Source of the DNA: Gemmatimonadota bacterium
GTDB lineage: Bacteria; Gemmatimonadota; Gemmatimonadetes; Longimicrobiales; Gaopeijiaceae
Direction: 5' to 3'
Assembly (NCBI GenBank): GCA_030550695.1
Contig: JAUQOX010000001.1
Location: 1 to 42,888, forward strand
DNA: 42,888 nt
The position numbers and the translations under genes were made by a program. Shown here piece after piece: positions 1 to 9,541 of the stretch (positions within the stretch are counted from its first letter, which is position 1; each line of letters begins with the position of its first letter). The notes under the pieces were generated by a model. That model was not told the DNA's origin. It saw only the letters and a program-made list of their open reading frames with translations, and did not search any database.

Positions 1-124
1 GCTCGAGGAGCTCGGGGGGGAGGGAGCGGATGAGGCAGGCGGTCTGTCCCTTGCCGCGGAGGAAACAGGCGCGGAAGAAGGACCGGCGGCGTGGCCTGAG
101 GTCGAGATCAATCCCTTACGCACC

Positions 125-676
125 ATGCCGGAAGGGGCGGAGGCCATGCCGACCACCCCCCAAGAAGGGGCATGGCCAGGCGGGGATGGAGAGAAAGAAG
201 AGGCCGAGGAGGCGCCGGCCGCGGCGGACGACTTCACGATCGAGCCTTTCTATGGTGCGGATGCCGAGGCCACCTTCCAGGAGGTGGCGGAGGAAGCCAG
301 CCCGGAGCTGCCGACGGAGACCCTGGTCTCTTCCGTGGCGGAGGCGGATCCGGTCCTTACTCCTCCACCCCCTTCCGAAAGGCCCTTCTCTCCTGCGCCC
401 CAATTCGGCAAGAGGGACCCTCACGAAAAAGCCCAGCGGCTGGCCCGGGTGCTCATTTCGGACATCGTCCTTTACAACCCGGAACGCCATCAGCGGGCCC
501 TCCGGGAGGGGCGTGTGAAGGAGGAGTTCCGGGACGAGATCCAAAGGTCCTGGGAGGAGTATGTGGGGCAGGTAGGGACCACTTTGGCCAACAATACCAG
601 CTACTTCACCGAAGCCCTCAACGAAATTCTGGCCAAGGGACAACCCCTGTTTCCGCCCGGCGGTCTCGGCCGTTGA
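125..676 (+). CDS. Hypothetical protein with an acidic low-complexity N-terminal region and a helical C-terminal domain; possibly 5' truncated by the window edge
   Basis: There is an ATG at 125, but the same frame is open with no stop back to nt 2, so the true start may lie upstream of the window. The first ~100 aa are Glu/Ala/Pro-rich. The last ~80 aa are helical-looking (KAQRLARVLISDIVLYNPE...FRDEIQRSWEEY...FTEALNEILA). Third-position GC is high in this frame. The competing frames (30..518, 172..783) are Arg/Pro/Gly junk. I recognise no family. Confidence 0.6.
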   Translation: MPEGAEAMPTTPQEGAWPGGDGEKEEAEEAPAAADDFTIEPFYGADAEATFQEVAEEASPELPTETLVSSVAEADPVLTPPPPSERPFSPAPQFGKRDPHEKAQRLARVLISDIVLYNPERHQRALREGRVKEEFRDEIQRSWEEYVGQVGTTLANNTSYFTEALNEILAKGQPLFPPGGLGR

Positions 677-779
677 GGCAGGGAAGTCGGGCGGGTATAT
701 TCCAGCCGTCCTGGATGCCGGGGGTCGCCCGAGGGGCGGCCCCCTCCAGTGTTCTCTGGAAAGAAGGTCGCCCTTACCC

Positions 780-1893
780 ATGATGACGGCTGAGCTGTTG
801 TCAGATCTTTCGGAATTGACGTCCCGTCTCGACGAGCTCGGGAGGTACCTTTGACCTCCCCAACAAAGCCGCGCGACTGAAAAGTCTCGAGGACGTCATG
901 GCCTCCCCCCAGTTCTGGGAGGACCCTGAGGAAGCCCGGAAAATCCTCCTGGAAGCCAAACAGATCAGGAGTTGGTTGGATCCTATAAGTTCCCTCCAGC
1001 AAAGGGCCGCCACCCTGAGGGAGCTGGGACAACTTTTGCGGGAGGAGCCCGACGAGGAGCTCCAGGCCGAATGGGAGCGCGAAATGCGCTCGTTGGCCCA
1101 AGAGCTGCGTCGGATGGAACTCCGGGTGATGTTGCAAGGGGAGGATGACCACCGCAACGCCATCCTCACCATCCACCCCGGCGCGGGCGGCCTGGAGTCG
1201 CAGGACTGGGCGGCCATGCTCCTCCGCATGTACACCCGTTGGGCCGAGCGGAAAGGCTTCGAAACCGAACTCCTCGATCTCCTGGATGGAGAAGAAGCAG
1301 GCATCAAGAGCGCCACGGTGGCCATTCGCGGCGACCATGTGTACGGCTATCTGAAAGCGGAGAAGGGGGTACACCGTCTGGTGCGCATCTCGCCCTTCGA
1401 TGCCCAGGGCCGCCGACACACGTCTTTCGCCTCGGTATTCGTCTACCCCGAGGTGGACGAGGATATCGAAATCGAGATCGACGAGAAGGACTTGAGGATC
1501 GACACCTTCCGGTCCTCCGGTGCCGGTGGACAACATGTGAACAAGACGGATTCCGCGGTGCGTATTACCCACCTGCCCACGGGAATTGTGGTGTCCTGCC
1601 AGCAGGAGCGTTCGCAGCATAAGAACAAGGCCACCGCCATGAAAATGCTCCGGGCAGCTCTGTACGAGAGGGCTCTTCGCGAGAAAGAGGCGGAAAAGGC
1701 GGCTCTGGAAGCCACCAAGACCGATATCGCATGGGGCAATCAGATCCGCTCCTACGTGCTGGCACCGTACACCATGGTCTCGGATCACCGGACCGAGCTC
1801 AAGATCTCGGACGCCTATGCGGTCTTGGACGGTGAACTGGATGAGTTCATCGAGGCCTATCTCAAACGCTTCGGCGCGGCGGCCCTGCGATGA
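780..1893 (+). CDS. prfB: Peptide chain release factor 2, expressed through a +1 programmed ribosomal frameshift
   Basis: The main frame (853..1893) carries the RF2-specific SPF tripeptide (RISPFD) and the GGQ motif (SGAGGQHVNK). A short frame-0 ORF at 780..851 (MMTAELLSDLSELTSRLDELGRYL) ends at an in-frame TGA at 852-854. Shifting +1 after CTT gives ...GRYL-DLPNKAARLKSLEDVMASPQFWEDPEEA, the canonical RF2 N-terminus. The ORF track only shows 898..1893. The start could be ATG 780 or ATG 783, which are adjacent and in frame. Confidence 0.95.
840..855 (+). promoter_or_regulatory. RF2 autoregulatory +1 frameshift site: internal Shine-Dalgarno-like GGGAGG followed by the slippery CTT TGA C
   Basis: The sequence is GGG AGG TAC CTT TGA C. 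GGGAGG lies 3 nt upstream of the CTT codon and is followed by TGA in C context, the same layout as the E. coli prfB recoding site. Confidence 0.9.
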
Positions 1894-3422
1894 CAGAGGA
1901 TCTGAATCAGGTCATGAAAGTCCGTCGGCAGAAGCTCGAGGACCTGCGGGCCCGGGGAGTCGAGCCGTTCGCCTACCGGTTCCAACGGACCCATAAAGCG
2001 TCGGAGGCCCGGAATCTCTTCGAGGAGAGAGAGCGAGGGGGGCTCCTGGATGCCGACGGCTTCGGACCCGTGGTCCGAGTTGCGGGACGGATACGCAGCT
2101 TCCGGGCACACGGGAAGACGGCCTTTGCCCATTTGGAAGACGACAGCGCCTCCATCCAGATCTACTTCCGCAAGGACATCTTGGGCGAACAGGCCTTCGA
2201 GGTCGTCCTGGACCTGTTGGACCTGGGAGATTGGCTCGGGGTGGAAGGAGGGCTCTTCCGCACCCGTATGGGGGAAGTGACCGTCCGGGTGGCTTCGTTC
2301 CAAGTCCTGTCGAAATCCCTTCGGCCCCTTCCCCTGGGAAAGGTGGAGGAGGATGCCCAAAGCGGTCAGCGGATCGTGCATGGGGACTTCACAGATCTGG
2401 AAGGGCGGTATCGGCAGCGCTACGCTGACCTGGCGGTGCATCCTGAGGTCCGGGAGGTGTTCCGCAAACGGGCGCGGATCGTCTCTGCCCTGCGGGAATT
2501 CCTGGACGAGGAGGGTTTCCTGGAGGTCGAAACCCCCGTCCTCCAGCCCCTGTATGGAGGGGCCTCCGCGCGACCGTTCGTCACACGGCACCATGCGCTG
2601 GATCGGACCATGTATTTGCGCATCGCCGACGAGCTTTATCTCAAGAGACTCGTGGTCGGCGGGTTCGAAAAGGTTTACGAGATCGGCAAGGACTTCCGCA
2701 ACGAGGGCATCGATCGGTTCCACAACCCCGAGTTCACCATGCTGGAGTTCTATCAGGCCCTGGCGGATTACCAGGATATGATGGAACTGGTGGAGCGGTT
2801 GTTGGTGCGCGTGGCCGACCGGTCCTTGGGCACGAGGGTCTTTCACTACCAGGGAGAGGAGATTCGTTTGACACCACCTTTTCGCAGACTCCGCTTCCTG
2901 GAGGCCTTGGGTGAGGCCTTGGGATCGGACCCTCTGGACCTTCCGGAACGGGAACTCCGCCGACGGGCGGAAAGTCTGAATCTTCCGGAACTGGAAGGGG
3001 CAGGACGAGGGAAACTCCTGGACAAGTTGTTCGGAGCCCTTGTTCAGGAGGGGCTGCGGCAGCCCACCTTCGTCATGGACTATCCGAAAGAACTGAGTCC
3101 CCTGGCCAAGGTTCACCGGCAGGACCCCCGCCTCACGGAGCGGTTCGAGTTGATCATTGCCGGCCAGGAGGTGGCCAACGCCTTTTCGGAACTCAACGAT
3201 CCCCTCGACCAGCGGCGGCGGTTCGAAGAGCAGACGGGGCTGCGGGCCAGGGGGGACGAGGAGGCTCAGCTGATGGACGAGGACTACCTCCGCGCGCTGG
3301 AGTACGGGCTTCCTCCCACGGGAGGGGTGGGGATCGGGGTGGACCGCCTGGTCATGCTCCTCACCGACCAACCTTCCATCCGGGATGTGATCCTCTTTCC
3401 CGTCCTCCGCAATGTGGAATGA
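1890..3422 (+). CDS. lysS: Lysine--tRNA ligase, class II
   Basis: The 510-aa product has an N-terminal OB anticodon-binding region and class II core motifs (FRNEGID, ELIIAGQEVANAFSELNDP, GLPPTGGVGIGVDRLVMLL). Its ATG overlaps the prfB stop (ATGA at 1890-1893). The prfB-lysS order matches that known in enterobacteria. Confidence 0.95.
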   Translation: MTEDLNQVMKVRRQKLEDLRARGVEPFAYRFQRTHKASEARNLFEERERGGLLDADGFGPVVRVAGRIRSFRAHGKTAFAHLEDDSASIQIYFRKDILGEQAFEVVLDLLDLGDWLGVEGGLFRTRMGEVTVRVASFQVLSKSLRPLPLGKVEEDAQSGQRIVHGDFTDLEGRYRQRYADLAVHPEVREVFRKRARIVSALREFLDEEGFLEVETPVLQPLYGGASARPFVTRHHALDRTMYLRIADELYLKRLVVGGFEKVYEIGKDFRNEGIDRFHNPEFTMLEFYQALADYQDMMELVERLLVRVADRSLGTRVFHYQGEEIRLTPPFRRLRFLEALGEALGSDPLDLPERELRRRAESLNLPELEGAGRGKLLDKLFGALVQEGLRQPTFVMDYPKELSPLAKVHRQDPRLTERFELIIAGQEVANAFSELNDPLDQRRRFEEQTGLRARGDEEAQLMDEDYLRALEYGLPPTGGVGIGVDRLVMLLTDQPSIRDVILFPVLRNVE

Positions 3423-4692
3423 GCGGAGCCGCCCGAAGCGCGGTAATCTCCGGGTGGCCTGGGAGCTGGCCAGACGCTACCTCGCCCCGCGGCGCAGCGG
3501 CAAGTTTCTGTCCTTCATCACCTGGGTCTCGCTGGGCGGCATCACGGTGGGGGTAAGCGCCCTCATCGTCGTCATCGCCGTCATGACGGGGGCCCAGAAG
3601 GAGTTCCAAGCCAAGATCCTGGAAGCCAGTCCGCACGTGGTGGTCCAGGAGTTCGGCACCAACCTCCGCATGGGACGTTGGCGGCAGGTCAGGGACAGCA
3701 TTCTTGCCGTGAGGGGCGTCCTGAGTGCGACGCCCTTCCTTCTCACCAAAGTGGCCATCCTTCGCGGCGAGTACGCTCAGGCCGCAGATCTCTACGGCGT
3801 TTCCCTCGCCGACCTGGGTGAGGCGGCCACGGGGGTCGAGGCCCGCATTCGCACGGGCACCCTATCCCTCGAGCCCGGTTCGTCAGGGCTTCCACCCCTG
3901 TTGGTAGGGAGTCGGTTGGCGGAACGCATGGTTGTCTTTCCCGGGGACACCCTGTTGGTGATTTCCATGGAGAATATCCGGCGAGATCCTTTCGGGGGAT
4001 TGGCTCCTGCCATGCGGCAGTTCCAGGTCAGCGGGACCTTCGAGACGGGTCTCTACGACTATGACCTGGCCAACCTGTATGCTCGATTGGAGGATGTACA
4101 GGATCTGCTGGGGGTGCGGCAGGCCGACCAGGTCTCGGGGATCGGGGTCCGGGTGGCGGAACCCTGGCGGGCGTCCCTGATCGCGGATTCGATTCGGAAT
4201 CGCCTGGGCTTCCCCTACGATGCGGAAGGCTGGGAGGTGACGAACCGGGCCCTCTTTTCCGCGTTGAAGCTGGAGAAGCTGGCGATGGGGGTGATTCTCT
4301 TTCTCATTGTGGTGGTGGCCGCCTTCAACATCGTCAGCACCTTGGTCATGGTGGTGGTGGATCGGACGCGGGAAATCGGAATCCTGAAGACCATGGGCAT
4401 GACCGACCGGGGTGTGGTTCAGGTGTTCATGCTTCAGGGCGTTTGGATCGGTGCCATCGGGACCGCGGCGGGAACCGTTTTAGGGTGTATCCTTTCCTGG
4501 ATCCTCGAGCGGTACGAGGTCATCCGGATTCCTCCGGACGTGTATTTCGTCGACCGGCTGCCGGTGGCGTTGGAAGCGGCCGATGTCCTCCTCATCGCCT
4601 TGGCCAGCATCGCCGTGTCGTTTCTGGCCACCCTGTATCCGTCCAAGCAGGCCGCCCGCCTTCCCCCTGTGGACGCCATTCGTCATGAATAG
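3412..4692 (+). CDS. LolC/LolE-family lipoprotein-release ABC transporter permease (MacB/FtsX-type)
   Basis: It has an N-terminal TM segment (FLSFITWVSLGGITVGVSALIVVIAVM), a large periplasmic domain and a C-terminal FtsX-type three-TM bundle. The N-terminal ARRYL motif is present. It overlaps lysS by 11 nt and is followed by an overlapping LolD-like ATPase. Confidence 0.85.
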   Translation: MWNERSRPKRGNLRVAWELARRYLAPRRSGKFLSFITWVSLGGITVGVSALIVVIAVMTGAQKEFQAKILEASPHVVVQEFGTNLRMGRWRQVRDSILAVRGVLSATPFLLTKVAILRGEYAQAADLYGVSLADLGEAATGVEARIRTGTLSLEPGSSGLPPLLVGSRLAERMVVFPGDTLLVISMENIRRDPFGGLAPAMRQFQVSGTFETGLYDYDLANLYARLEDVQDLLGVRQADQVSGIGVRVAEPWRASLIADSIRNRLGFPYDAEGWEVTNRALFSALKLEKLAMGVILFLIVVVAAFNIVSTLVMVVVDRTREIGILKTMGMTDRGVVQVFMLQGVWIGAIGTAAGTVLGCILSWILERYEVIRIPPDVYFVDRLPVALEAADVLLIALASIAVSFLATLYPSKQAARLPPVDAIRHE

Positions 4693-5425
4693 CGGAATCC
4701 ACCGTCCGGCCGAAGAAACCCTTCCCCCCGGGGTTCCGCCCCTGGAGGCCCGCAACCTGTGGAAGTCCTTCCGGGCCGGAGACGGCAGTGAACTCAGGGT
4801 TCTGGAGGGGGTAGACCTGCGGGTGGAGGTTGGAGAAGTGGTGGCCGTCGTGGGGGCCAGCGGGGTGGGGAAGTCCACCCTCCTCCACCTCTTGGGCGCC
4901 CTGGACCGCCCCACGGCGGGGCAGGTCTTGTTGGGCGGCAAATCTCTGGCCGAGATGGATGATCTGGCCCTGGCCGAGGTGAGGAACCGCTCCATCGGGT
5001 TTGTGTTCCAGTTTCACCACCTCTTGCGGGACTTCAGCGCCCTGGAGAACGTGGCTATCCCTCTCCTCATCCGGGGGGTGCCCCGCCGGGATGCCCGGGA
5101 GCGGGCCAGGAGCCTCCTCGAGGCCGTGGGCGTTGTGGAGCGGGCCCATCACCTGCCGGGCCAGCTTTCGGGGGGAGAACAGCAGAGGGTGGCCGTGGCC
5201 CGGGCCTTGGCGAACGATCCTTTGGTCCTGTTGGCGGACGAGCCTTCCGGCAATCTGGACACGGCAGGGAGTCGCCGTCTCCACGATCTCCTCTTCTCGT
5301 TGCGGGAACAGAGAGGAACCTCCATGGTCTTGGTGACCCACAATCTGGAGTTGGCCCGGCGCGCCGACCGTATCCTGGCCCTCCGGGAGGGGCGTCTGCA
5401 CCCCACCTCCTCGCGGGAGGTGTGA
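4685..5425 (+). CDS. lolD: Lipoprotein-releasing system ATP-binding protein LolD-like ABC ATPase
   Basis: Walker A (GASGVGKST), ABC signature (LSGGEQQRVAVARAL) and Walker B (LLADEPSGNLD) are all present. I chose the ATG at 4685, which overlaps the permease stop. The track ORF from 4583 adds a Pro/Ser/Trp-rich extension lying inside the permease gene. Confidence 0.9.
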   Translation: MNSGIHRPAEETLPPGVPPLEARNLWKSFRAGDGSELRVLEGVDLRVEVGEVVAVVGASGVGKSTLLHLLGALDRPTAGQVLLGGKSLAEMDDLALAEVRNRSIGFVFQFHHLLRDFSALENVAIPLLIRGVPRRDARERARSLLEAVGVVERAHHLPGQLSGGEQQRVAVARALANDPLVLLADEPSGNLDTAGSRRLHDLLFSLREQRGTSMVLVTHNLELARRADRILALREGRLHPTSSREV

Positions 5426-5427
5426 GG

Positions 5428-5931
5428 ATGTTGTGCGACATTTGCGGGGCCAGCGAGGCCGTGGTGCACATTACTCAGGTGGTGAACCACCAGACCACCA
5501 CCCTCCACCTTTGCGAGCGGTGTGCCGCGGAACGGGGACTTCAAGCGGCCCCGCCCTTGGCCCCACCGCCTTTGGCGGATTTCCTGGCCAAGCTGGGGGG
5601 CAATCCCCACGAGAGGGTCGAGCAAGGGGAAGGTGGAGGGGTCTGCCCCTTTTGCGCCTTGACGCTGGAGGAGTTCAAGCGGATCGGCAGGTTGGGGTGC
5701 CCGCAATGCTACAGCGCCTTCGACGGGTACCTGAGAGGCCTTCTTCGGCGGATCCAGGCGGGTTCCCAACACACCGGAAAGGTGTACCTGCCCCCTGAGG
5801 GTCCCGAGCCCGACCGGGAAAGGCGCCTCGCATCCCTGCGGAAGAAGTTGGCCAAGGCGGTGGAAGCGGAGGATTTCGAGGGTGCAGCCCGCCTCCGGGA
5901 CCAGATTCGCGCCCTCGAGTCAAGCCGGTAG
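5428..5931 (+). CDS. mcsA: McsA-like UvrB/UvrC-motif zinc-finger protein (activator of protein arginine kinase)
   Basis: Two CxxC...CxxC pairs are present (CDICG...CERC and CPFC...CPQC), plus a C-terminal UVR motif (AVEAEDFEGAARLRDQIRALE). The ATG at 5428 follows GGGAGG at 5415-5420. The gene sits directly upstream of mcsB. Confidence 0.8.
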   Translation: MLCDICGASEAVVHITQVVNHQTTTLHLCERCAAERGLQAAPPLAPPPLADFLAKLGGNPHERVEQGEGGGVCPFCALTLEEFKRIGRLGCPQCYSAFDGYLRGLLRRIQAGSQHTGKVYLPPEGPEPDRERRLASLRKKLAKAVEAEDFEGAARLRDQIRALESSR

Positions 5932-5937
5932 GGGGCC

Positions 5938-7026
5938 ATGGACGAGCTCTCGCTTGCCCCCGACTACGGCCTGAGCTGGTTGGACGCCAGCGGCCCGGCT
6001 TCCGATATCGTCCTCTCCACCCGGGTGAGGCTGGCCCGAAACCTTCAAGGTTATCCTTTCCCTGCCCGGGCCCGGGTCCACGACCGTCTCGAAGTGTTGC
6101 GGAGGGTCGAGGAAGGAATCACCCGGGCCGCGTCCCTGGCCGGGGGAGGTGTCTACGTCCTCAAGGACCTGGGACCCCGGACCCGGCGGATCCTCCTCGA
6201 GCGACGTTTGGTCTCCCGAGACCTCCTGGGAGGGATCGGGAATGCTCCGGCCCCGGGGGCAGCGGTGGTTCTGCCCGGTCGAGACCACCTGTCCGTGATG
6301 GTGAACGAGGAGGATCATCTCCGCCTCCAGGCTCTCCTGTCCGGTCTGCGACTTCGAGAAGCCTGGCGCCTGGTGGATGCGGTGGACGAGGAATTGGGGG
6401 GGGCGTTTCCCCTGGCCTACCACCCCGAATTCGGTTTCCTCACCAGTTGTCCCACGAACGTGGGGACAGGTCTTCGAGCTTCCGTTTTGATGCATCTGGC
6501 GGGGCTCGTCCTCACCAAGGAGATCGGGAGGGTGCTCAAGGGCCTGACCCAGGTGGGGCTCACGTTCCGGGGACTGTACGGGGAAGGCTCCGAGGTGGTG
6601 GGGAATTTCTTTCAGGTATCCAACCAGACCACCCTGGGTACCTCCGAAGAGGACCTCATCGAGCACATGGAGCGGGTGGTGGACCAGGTCATCCAACACG
6701 AGAGGCAGGCCCGTGCCGTCCTCCTCAGGGAGGCCCCAGCCGTAACCGAGGACAAGATCTGGCGGGCCTACGGTCTTCTGGCCTACGCCCGCTCCCTGGC
6801 CTTCGAAGAGATGATCAACCTGCTGAGTGCCGTCCGGCTGGGGGTGAGTCTGAAACTTCTCCCCCGGCTTCGAGTATATTCCCTCAACAAGATCATGATC
6901 TACGGGCAGCAGGCTCACCTGGAGCAGGCTGCCGGCCGTGAGCTCCTTCCTCCCGAATGCGACGCACACAGGGCCAGCCTGGTGCGGAAGATCCTGGCGA
7001 GCGAAGGGGTTCCTACGTCGGACTAA
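5938..7026 (+). CDS. mcsB: Protein arginine kinase McsB (ATP:guanido phosphotransferase family)
   Basis: Phosphagen-kinase-type signatures are present: [22 protein letters not shown] and an N-terminal [14 protein letters not shown]. It is 362 aa, typical for McsB, and lies between the mcsA-like gene and clpC. Confidence 0.88.
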   Translation: MDELSLAPDYGLSWLDASGPASDIVLSTRVRLARNLQGYPFPARARVHDRLEVLRRVEEGITRAASLAGGGVYVLKDLGPRTRRILLERRLVSRDLLGGIGNAPAPGAAVVLPGRDHLSVMVNEEDHLRLQALLSGLRLREAWRLVDAVDEELGGAFPLAYHPEFGFLTSCPTNVGTGLRASVLMHLAGLVLTKEIGRVLKGLTQVGLTFRGLYGEGSEVVGNFFQVSNQTTLGTSEEDLIEHMERVVDQVIQHERQARAVLLREAPAVTEDKIWRAYGLLAYARSLAFEEMINLLSAVRLGVSLKLLPRLRVYSLNKIMIYGQQAHLEQAAGRELLPPECDAHRASLVRKILASEGVPTSD

Positions 7027-7046
7027 AGGAAGCGCAGACCCGGTCC

Positions 7047-9539
7047 ATGAACTACAACTTCACCGATCGTGTCCGGAAGGTCCTGGCCATGGCCAGGGAG
7101 GAGGCCATCCGCCTCCAGCACGACTACGTCGGGACGGAGCACATTCTCCTGGGTCTCATCCGGGAGGGGGAGGGAGTTGCGGCGGCTGTGCTCATGAACC
7201 TCAACGTAGACCTGGATGCTATTCGGGAGGGGATTGAGGAAGCGGTTCGGCCGGGAAAGGCGACCATTGCCCTGGGAGAACTTCCCTATACCTCCCGGGC
7301 CAAGAAGGTCCTGGAACTGGCCATGGCGGAGGCCAAGGAGCTGAATCATTCTTATGTGGGGACGGAACATCTGCTCCTGGGTCTTCTTCGTGAGGAAAAA
7401 GGGGTGGCGGCCCAAGTGTTGAACTCCTTGGGCGTGACCCTGGAGGACGCTCGGGCCGAAACCTTGAGGCTTCTGGGATCCGACGTGAACGGCACCGAGA
7501 GCGAGGCGGGGGGAGGGGGAGCTCTGCCCGGGGGGTTGGCTCAGGGCCCCAGGGGGGAGAAGAAAACCACGAAGACTCCGGCGTTGGACCACTTTTGCCG
7601 GGACCTTACCGAGCTCGCCCGCCAGGGGCAACTCGACCCGACCATCGGCCGGGAGAAGGAGATCCAGCGGGTGGTGGAGATCCTCTGCCGGCGAAAGAAG
7701 AACAATCCTGTGCTCATCGGTGAGCCAGGAGTGGGGAAGACGGCCATCGTGGAAGGCCTGGCCCAGCTCATTGCCCGAGGGGAGGTCACGGAATCGCTCC
7801 GCAACCACAGGGTCCTGGCCCTGGATATGGCGGCGGTCATCGCAGGCACCAAGTACCGCGGGCAGTTCGAAGAGCGCCTCAAGGCGGTGATGAACGAGAT
7901 CTCCCAAACCCGTAACGTGATTCTCTTCATCGACGAGCTGCATACCCTCGTGGGGGCAGGGGCGGCGGAAGGGGCCATTGATGCCTCCAACATGCTGAAG
8001 CCGGCCTTGGCCCGGGGCGAACTCCAATGCATCGGAGCCTCCACCCTGAACGAATATCGGAAGTACATCGAAAAGGACGGGGCGCTGGAACGCCGCTTCC
8101 AGCCCATCATCGTGGACCCGCCCACGGTGGAGGAGACCGTCAATATCCTGAAGGGCCTCCGGAGTCGTTATGAGGAACATCACCGGGTGATCATCCCCGA
8201 CGAGGCCCTGGAACAGTCGGCCCGTCTTTCGGATCGGTACATCACCGACCGTTTCCTCCCGGACAAAGCCATAGACGTCATCGACGAGGCCAGTGCCCGG
8301 GCCAGGATCGCCTCGCAGGTACCCCCACCCGAAGTCGAAGATCTCAAACAGGCCCTGTCGGAGATCGCGGCCAAGAAAGAGGAAGCCATCCGTGAACAGG
8401 ACTTCGAGCGGGCTGCGGAACTCCGCGACAAGGAGCGGGATCTCCAGCAGCAGATCCGCAATCGAGAGAAGGCCTGGGAAGAGGAAAGGCGGCGACATCG
8501 GCCTCGAATCACGGCTGACGAGGTAGCCTTTATCGTGAGCCGTTGGACGGGAATCCCCGTTACCCGTCTTCGCCAGACCGAAAGCGAGCGGCTGGTGCAC
8601 ATGGAGGACGAGCTTCACCAGAGGGTGGTGGGCCAGGATGACGCCATAGCGGCTATTTCAAGAGCCATTCGACGGAGCCGGGCTGGCCTCAAAGACCCGC
8701 GGCGTCCCATCGGCTCCTTCATTTTCTGCGGGCCGACGGGAGTGGGGAAGACGGAGTTGGCCAGGGCTTTGGCCGAGTTCCTGTTCGCGGACCGCGATGC
8801 CCTGATTCGCGTAGACATGAGCGAGTATATGGAGAAGTTCTCCGTTTCTCGCCTCATCGGGGCACCCCCCGGCTATGTGGGCTATGAAGACTCCGGGACG
8901 CTTACCAAGGCGGTGCGGCGTCGCCCCTACAGCGTGGTCCTCCTGGATGAGATCGAGAAGGCCCATCCCGATGTGTTCAATATCCTTCTCCAGGTCTTGG
9001 ATGAAGGGCACCTGACCGACAATTATGGGCGGGTCATCGACTTCAAGAACACCATCCTGATCATGACCTCCAACCTCGGTGGGCGGGACATCAGCAAGGG
9101 CGGGGGCTTGGGTTTCCACGCCCGGGATCCGCAATCCACCTACGAGGTCATGAAAGACAAGGTGCGGCGGGAGGTGGAGAGGGTCTTCAACCCGGAATTC
9201 TTGAACCGGGTGGACGATATCATCGTGTTCCACCCCCTTAGCCGAGAAGACATCGGCAAGATTGTGCATATTCTGCTAAAAGACGTAAGAAATCGGCTGG
9301 CCGAGGAACACCTCTCGTTGAAATTGTCCGAAGCTGCCCTGGCTTTCCTCGTGGATCGGGGGTACGACGAGAAATTCGGCGCTCGACCCCTCCGTCGGGC
9401 GATCCAGCGTTATTTGGAAGATCCCCTTTCGGAAAAGATCCTCCAAGGGGAGTTTGCTCCGGGAGACGAGATAGAGGTGGACGTGGCCCCCGATGGTGAT
9501 CACTTGAATCTTCGGGCTGTCTCCTCCACCAAGACCTGA
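7047..9539 (+). CDS. clpC: ATP-dependent Clp protease ATP-binding subunit ClpC
   Basis: It has a duplicated Clp_N repeat ([17 protein letters not shown] and [17 protein letters not shown]), two AAA+ modules ([16 protein letters not shown]) and a UVR/M-domain ([18 protein letters not shown]). The start [20 protein letters not shown] aligns with the B. subtilis ClpC N-terminus. The track ORF from 6957 is an extension into mcsB. Confidence 0.93.
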   Translation: MNYNFTDRVRKVLAMAREEAIRLQHDYVGTEHILLGLIREGEGVAAAVLMNLNVDLDAIREGIEEAVRPGKATIALGELPYTSRAKKVLELAMAEAKELNHSYVGTEHLLLGLLREEKGVAAQVLNSLGVTLEDARAETLRLLGSDVNGTESEAGGGGALPGGLAQGPRGEKKTTKTPALDHFCRDLTELARQGQLDPTIGREKEIQRVVEILCRRKKNNPVLIGEPGVGKTAIVEGLAQLIARGEVTESLRNHRVLALDMAAVIAGTKYRGQFEERLKAVMNEISQTRNVILFIDELHTLVGAGAAEGAIDASNMLKPALARGELQCIGASTLNEYRKYIEKDGALERRFQPIIVDPPTVEETVNILKGLRSRYEEHHRVIIPDEALEQSARLSDRYITDRFLPDKAIDVIDEASARARIASQVPPPEVEDLKQALSEIAAKKEEAIREQDFERAAELRDKERDLQQQIRNREKAWEEERRRHRPRITADEVAFIVSRWTGIPVTRLRQTESERLVHMEDELHQRVVGQDDAIAAISRAIRRSRAGLKDPRRPIGSFIFCGPTGVGKTELARALAEFLFADRDALIRVDMSEYMEKFSVSRLIGAPPGYVGYEDSGTLTKAVRRRPYSVVLLDEIEKAHPDVFNILLQVLDEGHLTDNYGRVIDFKNTILIMTSNLGGRDISKGGGLGFHARDPQSTYEVMKDKVRREVERVFNPEFLNRVDDIIVFHPLSREDIGKIVHILLKDVRNRLAEEHLSLKLSEAALAFLVDRGYDEKFGARPLRRAIQRYLEDPLSEKILQGEFAPGDEIEVDVAPDGDHLNLRAVSSTKT

Positions 9540-9541
9540 CC

